Part shown: positions 17,037 to 24,000 of the stretch, piece by piece
How the letters are laid out: every line of letters starts with the position of its first letter
Numbering within the stretch: the stretch's first letter is position 1
Assembly (NCBI GenBank): GCA_040384585.1
Contig: JAZKJD010000008.1
Coordinates: 47,608-71,607 of the forward strand
Direction: 5' to 3'
Length of the DNA stretch: 24,000 nucleotides
Origin: Pseudomonadota bacterium
Lineage (GTDB): Bacteria > Pseudomonadota > Gammaproteobacteria > Diplorickettsiales > Diplorickettsiaceae
Position numbers and translations under genes: made by a program
The notes under the pieces: generated by a model
Database searches by the model: none
Told to the model about the DNA's origin: nothing
What the model saw: the letters and a program-made list of their open reading frames with translations, nothing else

Positions 17037-17144
17037 ATGAAAAAACGTACTCGTCAATGGCTGTGGTTTATTGGCTTATATATTGTGGGTGTTGCGACAG
17101 TCGCAGCGGTTTCCACACTGCTGCGCTGCTTGATTCCGCATTAA
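17037..17144 (+). CDS. 35-aa single-TM protein, DUF2474-like accessory ORF of CIO-type bd oxidases
   Basis: ATG lies 7 nt after the cydB stop. MKKRTRQWLWFIGLYIVGVATVAAVSTLLRCLIPH has a basic N-terminus and one TM helix. Its position matches the small DUF2474 ORFs downstream of cioB. It is below the size cut-off of the ORF track. Confidence 0.55.
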   Translation: MKKRTRQWLWFIGLYIVGVATVAAVSTLLRCLIPH

Positions 17145-17210
17145 AACTAATAAACTAGAACTCCGAGTAGTTCTGGCGGCCAGGTGGCGGGTTCTTGATT
17201 ATCCGAGCCA

Positions 17211-18248
17211 TCACACTTTGGGAACTAAACGATCTTGCTTTAATGATATTTTTGTTTTTTCGGAAGAGTTTAAAAATACATCAAAAAATGCAATTCTGGA
17301 TTTTCTAGCAGGGTTAATGGAAATTGGAATTAGTTTAGCGATAAGCCGTAATAGTTTATCTAGGATAGTCATGCTTTCCTTCGGATAGTTTTCTTTATAA
17401 ATGTTTATTTCTTCAAGGCTCTTTTCTCGAAATTCTTCCCGCGCTTTTTTTACATCTTCATCTTTGAGCGCTGAGATTTTATTCTCTCTAATACTTATGT
17501 TGAGCAGCGTAGAGAAGTAACTGCTAGAGAGATGTTTTAATTTAGTAACAAGTTCAGCACTTGCAACTTTGTTCTCTGTATTTAAATAAAACTCGTCAAT
17601 CGTGTGAATTATCTCTAGATAAGATTTTTTGAGATTAGGAGTAGAATTTAAATTTTCTCTTAGCTTATCAGTGAGCATGTAAATTAAATCGTCACCTTCA
17701 TGTTCAACACGGGAAGAGGGCGACAAGTACTGCGGTCTAAAAGGATTAAAAATTTTTTTAGCAGAACAATCTTGTTCAAATCTACGGTTGACAAACTGAT
17801 CGATTTCACTTTCTTTTATCCTGGAATTTAGTGCTTTTAACTTGTCGCATAACTCCGCATAGTTTAAGACAACTTTAGGAAGATACTCCGTTAGGAGAGA
17901 TTCATTAGATTTTTTTATTATATTTTCTATTGCTTCTTGCAAAGTGTATGATTTCATTTTAGAGGAGTCTGCTTGTTTGCTTTCTTCCTTCATCTTTTGG
18001 AGAGCTACTAAAAAGTAATCCGAACGTAAGCCAAGTGGGGACAAGGCTGCCTTTAGCTCTTTCGTATCAGAAGGTATAGGCGCAATGTCTATCGTTGCAT
18101 TTAGAGTATTTTTAGAAAAACATTTAAAAAGTGTATTTAATGCAGGCAGTGAGGCAAGCGCTAATAAAGCTATTGTTTCTTCCATGAGCCTTGAGACAGT
18201 ATCGTTTTCTTTTGGAGGCTGTAAGGTAATATTTAAAAAATCTAACAA
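17211..18248 (-). CDS. hypothetical protein (orphan, AT-rich, Lys/Glu-rich and predicted helical)
   Basis: A 345-aa ORF with a TTG start that has GGGGGA 7 nt upstream. The next in-frame ATG is at 18185. I recognise no domain. One 60-nt line counted by hand gives about 33% GC. Confidence 0.6.
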   Translation of the reverse strand: MLDFLNITLQPPKENDTVSRLMEETIALLALASLPALNTLFKCFSKNTLNATIDIAPIPSDTKELKAALSPLGLRSDYFLVALQKMKEESKQADSSKMKSYTLQEAIENIIKKSNESLLTEYLPKVVLNYAELCDKLKALNSRIKESEIDQFVNRRFEQDCSAKKIFNPFRPQYLSPSSRVEHEGDDLIYMLTDKLRENLNSTPNLKKSYLEIIHTIDEFYLNTENKVASAELVTKLKHLSSSYFSTLLNISIRENKISALKDEDVKKAREEFREKSLEEINIYKENYPKESMTILDKLLRLIAKLIPISINPARKSRIAFFDVFLNSSEKTKISLKQDRLVPKV

Positions 18249-18436
18249 AGCATGAATCCCCCGATAAAATTATCTTCTGATAAGAACTCCTAGCCCGTAC
18301 ATCATACATAATTGAAATAGTGCGGTATAGTTCATTTGTATTTGCCAAATTACAGCGATTGACTAAAGGCATTAAAATTAGGAGAATCGCAGTCAACCTT
18401 CCTGGCCGAGTTTACACGAAAAAAATAGATAGTAAA

Positions 18437-18943
18437 ATGATACACTCCATTATCCACATACCGGATGCGCGTTTGCGTGCCCCTACAGAGACAATAACTG
18501 TCTTTGATGCAAACTTACAACAACTCATTGAGGATATGTTTGAAACTATGTACGCGGCTAAAGGGATTGGTTTAGCTGCGCCACAAATTGCGCTAAGCAA
18601 AAAGCTTGCTGTTATTGATGTCTCTGCGAATAAAGTATCAACCTTATGCTTAATTAATCCCGAAATTGTTGATAAGCGGGGGGAAGCGCTCATGGAAGAG
18701 GGTTGCTTATCGGTTCCTGGTATCTATGATAAAGCACCTAGAGCGCTTTGGGTTAAACTCTCAGCATTGGATAGGCATGGAAAACCTTATGAAATAGAGG
18801 CCGAAGGCTTGTTAGCTCATTGTATTCAACATGAAGTCGATCATCTCAACGGAAAATTATTTTTAGATTATTTGTCGCCATTAAAACGTCAATTAGCCCG
18901 AAAAAAGCTGGAAAAAATAAAAAAAAAACAAGGTAAGCTTTGA
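18437..18943 (+). CDS. def: peptide deformylase
   Basis: Motifs GIGLAAPQ, EGCLS and QHEVDHLNG. ATG 18437 (MIHSIIHIPD) gives a canonical 168-aa protein. The tracked 39-aa N-terminal extension is not deformylase-like. Confidence 0.93.
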   Translation: MIHSIIHIPDARLRAPTETITVFDANLQQLIEDMFETMYAAKGIGLAAPQIALSKKLAVIDVSANKVSTLCLINPEIVDKRGEALMEEGCLSVPGIYDKAPRALWVKLSALDRHGKPYEIEAEGLLAHCIQHEVDHLNGKLFLDYLSPLKRQLARKKLEKIKKKQGKL

Positions 18944-19902
18944 AACTCATTTTTGCGGGTACCTCCGAATTTGCATTGCCAAGTTTACAGGCTTTGCTTG
19001 CGTCGAAACATCATGTGCTTGCGGTATATACACAGCCTGATCGGCCTACAGGTCGGGGTCGCCGTTTATTAATGGGTCCTATCAAGCGACTTGCACTAGA
19101 AAAAAATATTCCTGTTTGTCAGCCATTGACGCTACGTGATGCTAAAGAACAGAAAACATTAGCAGAGTGGCAGTCGGATCTCATGATTGTTGTTGCCTAT
19201 GGCCTTATTCTTCCAAGGCCCGTTTTGGCTATCCCTATTTTTGCTTGCATCAATGTTCATGCCTCGTTGTTGCCACGCTGGCGCGGAGCGGCGCCGATTC
19301 AACGTGCTATTTTAGCAGGTGATAGTGAAACCGGTGTTAGTATTATGCAAATGGATGAAGGTTTGGATACCGGCCCGATCTTTCAAAAAGTTTCTTGTAA
19401 GATAGAAAAGACAGATACCAGCCAAACCTTACAAGATCGTTTAGCCAGATTAGGGGCTGGAGCCTTGTTAACGAGTGTAAATGATATCCAACAACGACAT
19501 TATCAATTGCAAACACAAAATGATAAAGAAAGCACCTACGCTAAGAAAATTGATAAAACAGAAGCAGAGATTCATTGGCAGCAAAGTGCTGAGCGCATCG
19601 ATAGAATGATACGGGCTTTTAACCCTAAACCCGTTGCCTATACCCTGTTAGGTCAACACCTATTGCGTGTTTGGTCTGCGCAGGTATTAGAAGAACAAGC
19701 GACAATAAATGCGGCGCCTGGTGTTATTCTGAATGCAAAACCAGAAGGAATTGATGTTACGACAGGCGCAGGCATATTGCGTTTATTGCAGTTGCAATTG
19801 CCAGGAGGGCGTTGTTTACCCGTATCCGAACTGCTTCATGGAAGGTCGCATTTATTTCGCCCTGGGTTGATCTTAGGCCGTGCAATTGTCAACTCACCCT
19901 AA
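18940..19902 (+). CDS. fmt: methionyl-tRNA formyltransferase
   Basis: (M)KLIFAGTSEFALPSL N-terminus, HASLLPRWRGAAPIQ motif. The TTG start overlaps the def stop (TTGA). Classic def-fmt pair. Confidence 0.95.
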   Translation: MKLIFAGTSEFALPSLQALLASKHHVLAVYTQPDRPTGRGRRLLMGPIKRLALEKNIPVCQPLTLRDAKEQKTLAEWQSDLMIVVAYGLILPRPVLAIPIFACINVHASLLPRWRGAAPIQRAILAGDSETGVSIMQMDEGLDTGPIFQKVSCKIEKTDTSQTLQDRLARLGAGALLTSVNDIQQRHYQLQTQNDKESTYAKKIDKTEAEIHWQQSAERIDRMIRAFNPKPVAYTLLGQHLLRVWSAQVLEEQATINAAPGVILNAKPEGIDVTTGAGILRLLQLQLPGGRCLPVSELLHGRSHLFRPGLILGRAIVNSP

Positions 19903-19999
19903 TCTTCATGCATTAGAAAGTGTCTTTTAACGCGGCAGATGTCGACAAGGGTATTTTAGAGACAGAACCTATGCTAGAGTGCTAAAAAATAAGAATTAG

Positions 20000-20536
20000 A
20001 TGGGTAATTTTATGAAGAAAATAAAGCCGGTATTTAGTTGTTTGTTGCTAATAGGTTTGTTTTCGATCGCAGCTTGTACGACGACGAGTCAAACTGATAA
20101 TTTGCAGCATTGTCCTAAAATTAAAAAAAGTAAAACGAGTGCGGATAAAAAAAAGACCTTGCCTACGCTGATGCAAGTGATCCAGAGTCCTGATCGTTTA
20201 CGAGTGATTCTCTATAGTGATGTCTGTTTTCAAACTAATGGGCGCTTGACAATAGACTGTTTAGACCAACTTGCAAGAACTATGAACACAATAAAACGAT
20301 ATGGCGATGGACTGATTCAAGTGGTGGGTTATACAGATGATATCTATGATCCACAAACGGCAGATGAAATATCCTTACGCCAAGCCAATTCCGTGCTAGT
20401 TTTTTTGTGGTCAAAGGGAATTGAACCCCAGCGTTTACGTGCGGTAGGTTATGGTAACCATGATCCAATAGCAAGTAATCGGAATGTAAAGGCCAGCTCT
20501 GCGAATCGTCGTGTCGAAATTATGCTAGTGAAATAA
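20000..20536 (+). CDS. OmpA-family (Pal/OmpA C-terminal domain) lipoprotein
   Basis: Signal peptide with lipobox IAAC (MKKIKPVFSCLLLIGLFSIAAC; an alternative start is ATG 20012). OmpA_C signature ...VVGYTDD...LRQANSV...L..KGI...R...VGYG...P...N......NRRVEI. Confidence 0.8.
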   Translation: MGNFMKKIKPVFSCLLLIGLFSIAACTTTSQTDNLQHCPKIKKSKTSADKKKTLPTLMQVIQSPDRLRVILYSDVCFQTNGRLTIDCLDQLARTMNTIKRYGDGLIQVVGYTDDIYDPQTADEISLRQANSVLVFLWSKGIEPQRLRAVGYGNHDPIASNRNVKASSANRRVEIMLVK

Positions 20537-20547
20537 CCCTTTAGTTA

Positions 20548-21450
20548 CTAGGATGTGTTGAGAATTAAGCCCCTATTTTCGGTATAAGTGTTCATAAAAT
20601 CAACGTGGGGAGAATAGTAAATAGTACTTTTGTCTTTAGCTAAAGCACCAAGCCTATTTGTAATACTGATTTCCGCCTGAGCTTGGTTTTGTGTTTCCAC
20701 AAAGCCATTGTTTGCTCGTAGCTGTTTGGAAAATAGATATGCTTTTTGTGCAAGTTGTACGTCTAAACTATGGGCAATGCCTGCTAGAAAAATCTTTCCT
20801 GTGCCAGTCGCATTTATCTTCAAATAAGGAGTATTTACCCAATAAATTATTAAGTTTCCATTTCCTGCTAAATGGATAGTTTGTAATGCCACTTCACCTT
20901 CTATTTTAATTTTCCCGTCATTTTTACCTTGTACTACAAGATGTGTACTCTTAATATGATGTAGCGTGATGTTTGTTTTACCATCGACAGTGATCGATCG
21001 TAAATTTAGTTTATCTGTACAGAGTTTGATACAACCCCTTCCTTTGGTAATAAGGGCTAATGACCCCGTTAATCCTTTTCCTATTAAGCAGCCATTGCTA
21101 GTAAAACGAATTTGATTTAATTGAGAGGATGAGAGATTGACCTTAACGGTTAATCGATCGCCTTGCCGTGGCCAATAATTCCATTTTGTTGCAAGGTATA
21201 AGGTATGATTCTTTATTTTCCAGGTTACCGAAGAAACAGATTTGGGGTCGCCAAGGATTTGTAATGAGGGAGTTGAGGTGGTTGAGGTTGCATTGATAGT
21301 TACGTTGACCGGATTTTGAACATCTAATGCAGAGAAAGTGCCGATAGCTACGTTTTTGCTTACGATGGGGGCATAAGGAGTTTGTGCGGCGACGATGGGG
21401 GCTAAAAAGCAGAAAAAAATGGCAAGTGCATAATAAGCCAATGGTTTCAT
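20548..21450 (-). CDS. secreted beta-helix repeat protein, DUF2807/GIN-domain-like
   Basis: Cleavable signal peptide (...APIVAA/Q). Repeated G-x-G-x-I/L strands (VDGKTNITL, VQGKNDGKIKI, LAGNGNLII, ATGTGKIFL) and a ...STIYYSPHVD ending resemble DUF2807 proteins. Confidence 0.5.
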   Translation of the reverse strand: MKPLAYYALAIFFCFLAPIVAAQTPYAPIVSKNVAIGTFSALDVQNPVNVTINATSTTSTPSLQILGDPKSVSSVTWKIKNHTLYLATKWNYWPRQGDRLTVKVNLSSSQLNQIRFTSNGCLIGKGLTGSLALITKGRGCIKLCTDKLNLRSITVDGKTNITLHHIKSTHLVVQGKNDGKIKIEGEVALQTIHLAGNGNLIIYWVNTPYLKINATGTGKIFLAGIAHSLDVQLAQKAYLFSKQLRANNGFVETQNQAQAEISITNRLGALAKDKSTIYYSPHVDFMNTYTENRGLILNTS

Positions 21451-21547
21451 GAGTTTATTCTCTTTATTGTTGTTTCCCGGAATAGTAATCCTCTTACAGA
21501 AAATTTTCTACTTATACCGTCAGCACACCTTAGTAATGGGCACGAAA

Positions 21548-21604
21548 GTAGTTGTATTCACTGCCGCCCATGCTACTTTTTAATTTTTGTTCTGTGCAGA
21601 GAAC
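21548..21604 (+). repeat. Repeat family 3, single-arm copy
   Basis: gtagttgtattcactgccgcccatgctactttttaatttttgttctgtgcagagaac aligns with the right arm of the 5062..5208 palindrome (gaagttgcattcactggcacccgtgctgctttttaatttttgtactgtgctgaac). Confidence 0.7.
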
Positions 21605-21689
21605 CGTTAGAAACGGTTTTTTTCGCTATATTTTTCCTTAAGCTTATTGGGTTATAATTCTAAGCCTTGCGCCTATCTGCTGATCATTT

Positions 21690-23453
21690 ATGAAGTATAT
21701 TATCCAACAAGAAATCCAAACTGCTTTAGCAGCTTTAGAAGGACTGTCTTTTTTACTTCCTTTGGCAATACAAGTGGATTATGCAAGGGAAAAATCACAT
21801 GGGGATTTCTCTAGCAATATTGCTTTGTTACTTGCCAAATCCTTAAAAAAGCAACCGCGTCAATTGGCTGAGAAAATAATAGCCAATATGGACTGTTCTA
21901 AAACTACTTCCTTAATAGAAAAGATTGAGATAGCGGGGCCAGGATTTATTAACTTCACTGTGAAAAAAACAGCGTGGTATCCGGTTATCGGGCAGATTTT
22001 GATGCAAGGAAAACAATTTGGCGCATCGGAAGTGGGTAAAGGCAGACCACTTTTAGTGGAGTATGTTTCAGCTAATCCTACGGGCCCTTTGCATGTAGGC
22101 CATGGTCGAAGCGCTGCTTATGGTGATTCCCTAGTGAGATTATTGAGAACGGTAGGTTATCAAGTCTGTGCAGATTATTATGTCAATGACGCCGGCCGGC
22201 AAATGAATATTTTAGCGACCAGTGTTTGGTTACGGTATTTAGAGGCATGCGGAGAAGCATTTGTTTTTCCTAGTAATGCTTATCGTGGAGCTTATATCCG
22301 TGAAATTGCTGCACAGCTTTTAGCGCAATATGGGAAACAGTTTTATAAGCAAGTCTTACTCGTGTTTGCAGATATCCCTGCTGATGAGCCCCAAGGAGGT
22401 GACAAAGAGATTTATATCGATGCCTTAATCCTAAAGGCGAGAAGTTTGTTAGGCGCTACGAATTATCAAATAATATTTGATGCTGCTTTGAATGGAATCT
22501 TGCAGGATATTAAAGAGGATCTAAGCGCTTTTAAGGTTAACTTTGATTGCTGGTTTTCAGAAAACAGCTTATTTACTTCAGGCGTTGTTGATAAAACGAT
22601 TGAACGATTAAAAGTCAGTGGCCATACCTACGAATCGTCTGGCGCTTTATGGTTTAAATCAACAGAATTTGGCGATGATAAAGATAGAGTATTAATCCGA
22701 GAAAATGGTCAAGCGACTTATTTTGCGGCCGATGCAGCTTATCGGCTTTCTATTTTAGAAGATCGAGGTTTTACAAGAATAATTAATGTATTAGGGGCTG
22801 ATCATCACGGCTATATCGCTAGAATTCGAGCGGTGATTCAGGCATTAGGCTACCCAGCAGCGAGTTTAACTGCATTATTAGTGCAATTTGCTATGCTTTA
22901 TCGGGGAGAAGAAAAAATACAGATGTCTACGCGTAGCGGTGAATTTATTACTTTACGCGAATTGCGCGAAGAAGTTGGTAGTGACGCTGCACGATTTTTT
23001 TATGTATTGCGTCGTGCAGAACAACACATGGATTTTGATTTAGAGCTTGCTAAAGAACAATCTAATGCCAATCCTGTTTACTATGTGCAATATGCTTATG
23101 CGCGAATCTGTAGCGTGTTACGTCAACTGGCAACAAAGCAATTAAAATGGCAGAAAACGATCGGCATGGAAGCGCTGGAAGAATTAAAAGAAGAGCAAGA
23201 AATTGATTTATTAATCTTGTTGAACCGTTATCCTGAAATGTTAGAGCAAGCGGCAAATTACTATGAACCTCATATCATAGCCCATTATTTACGAGGTTTA
23301 GCACAGGCTTTTCATGCCTATTATAATCAGCATGTTTTTTTAGTCGAAGCGGATGATTTGCGAAATGCGCGACTAAATTTAATCATGGCTACCCAGCAAG
23401 TGATAGGGAATGGTTTAAATTTATTAGGCGTAGACACGCCGGAAGTGATGTGA
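21690..23453 (+). CDS. argS: arginine--tRNA ligase
   Basis: 587 aa. SANPTGPLHVGHGR (HIGH), MSTRSG (KMSKS-equivalent), and the C-terminal DALR anticodon-binding pattern. Confidence 0.96.
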   Translation: MKYIIQQEIQTALAALEGLSFLLPLAIQVDYAREKSHGDFSSNIALLLAKSLKKQPRQLAEKIIANMDCSKTTSLIEKIEIAGPGFINFTVKKTAWYPVIGQILMQGKQFGASEVGKGRPLLVEYVSANPTGPLHVGHGRSAAYGDSLVRLLRTVGYQVCADYYVNDAGRQMNILATSVWLRYLEACGEAFVFPSNAYRGAYIREIAAQLLAQYGKQFYKQVLLVFADIPADEPQGGDKEIYIDALILKARSLLGATNYQIIFDAALNGILQDIKEDLSAFKVNFDCWFSENSLFTSGVVDKTIERLKVSGHTYESSGALWFKSTEFGDDKDRVLIRENGQATYFAADAAYRLSILEDRGFTRIINVLGADHHGYIARIRAVIQALGYPAASLTALLVQFAMLYRGEEKIQMSTRSGEFITLRELREEVGSDAARFFYVLRRAEQHMDFDLELAKEQSNANPVYYVQYAYARICSVLRQLATKQLKWQKTIGMEALEELKEEQEIDLLILLNRYPEMLEQAANYYEPHIIAHYLRGLAQAFHAYYNQHVFLVEADDLRNARLNLIMATQQVIGNGLNLLGVDTPEVM

Positions 23454-24000
23454 TGGCAAAGGATTATGCTAAATACACGATGTATCGCAAAGAACGATCG
23501 CAACGTAGTCGTCTTTGGATGATGCTGGGATTCTCTATAGGTCTATTCATCTTAGGATTGGGATTATTTTTTTTAAAATCCCATCATAACCAGAAAATAG
23601 AACAACAAACTAAAAGTAAGCTAAAACAAAAAATATTAGAAGCTCCAGCGCCTAAGCCACCAGAACCAAAGTTCGATTTTTATAATATATTACCACAAGA
23701 CGCATTATCATCCGCTTCTCAATTGGCGAATGACGCTGCGCTGTCTAATGCACAGGCCAATAGGGCAATGACCAACGATGCGACATCGGTTTCGCATCAT
23801 TTAAAAAAGCCATTAGCAGACTTAATGAATACAACTCCTGAACAAGTTGCAATGGCGGAAGCTAAAAAGCAGTTGGATCAAGAAATGAGCCAGCTAAGCA
23901 ATGATGCCTATATTCTCGTGTTAGGAAACTTTGAAGATGTTTCTCAAGCAGAACAATACCAAGCTCAAGCACTCCTAAAAGGATTTCCTGTGCAAAGCAA
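23453..24000 (+). CDS. SPOR-domain protein (cell-division/peptidoglycan binding), 5' part; continues beyond the window
   Basis: The ATG overlaps the argS stop (TGATG). I translated it by hand: MAKDYAKYTMYRKERSQRSRLWMMLGFSIGLFILGLGLFF (one TM), then KFDFYNILPQ, then the start of a SPOR-like module YILVLGNFEDVSQAEQYQAQALLKGFPV. It is open to base 24000. It is absent from the ORF track because no stop falls in the window. Confidence 0.7.
   Translation, partial: MAKDYAKYTMYRKERSQRSRLWMMLGFSIGLFILGLGLFFLKSHHNQKIEQQTKSKLKQKILEAPAPKPPEPKFDFYNILPQDALSSASQLANDAALSNAQANRAMTNDATSVSHHLKKPLADLMNTTPEQVAMAEAKKQLDQEMSQLSNDAYILVLGNFEDVSQAEQYQAQALLKGFPVQS

Noticed and set aside
17150-17190. Short hairpins (agaact-ccgagt-agttct; ctggcggccag) between convergent cydB-small ORF and the orphan gene as intrinsic terminators
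   Set aside because: The stems are 5-6 bp with tiny loops and no following T-run on either strand. That is insufficient to call a terminator.
1-24000. Search for CRISPR arrays, IS or transposase genes, integrases, prophage genes, toxin-antitoxin pairs or known defence systems
   Set aside because: I found no regularly spaced direct repeats. No ORF has transposase, integrase, nuclease-helicase or toxin-like motifs. All multi-gene clusters are ordinary housekeeping operons.

Overview
This is a low-GC (about 40% by eye) gammaproteobacterial chromosome segment. From memory, the protein sequences resemble a Legionellales/Coxiellaceae-like intracellular bacterium; I cannot verify that here. The window is densely packed with housekeeping genes. 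In order: gloB (3' fragment), a bPH_2 membrane protein, folB, mutS-pssA, trpS, an orphan gene, pckA, and amgK-murU-proC. These are followed by dapA plus a 74-aa BamC-like lipoprotein, tRNA-Ser(CGA), thpR, and CIO-like cytochrome bd cydAB with a 35-aa DUF2474-like ORF missing from the ORF track. The window ends with a second orphan, def-fmt, an OmpA-like lipoprotein, a DUF2807-like secreted protein, argS, and the 5' part of a SPOR-domain protein. Many gene junctions are 4-nt ATGA/TTGA overlaps. I see no CRISPR, IS or transposase, prophage, or recognisable multi-gene defence, secretion or biosynthetic island, and I do not claim one. The unusual content is mostly non-coding. Most of the larger intergenic spacers carry small palindromic MITE-like repeats of at least four families. 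Family 1 has two full 145-bp copies and two fragments. One fragment supplies the Shine-Dalgarno sequence and an in-frame ATG to amgK, and another abuts tRNA-Ser. The two full copies show arm-to-arm covariation that preserves the palindrome. Other points worth a second look are the two AT-rich orphan genes (possible secreted effectors), the minimal BamC, three A10 tracts in Lys-rich coding tails, and a deviant ThpR motif.
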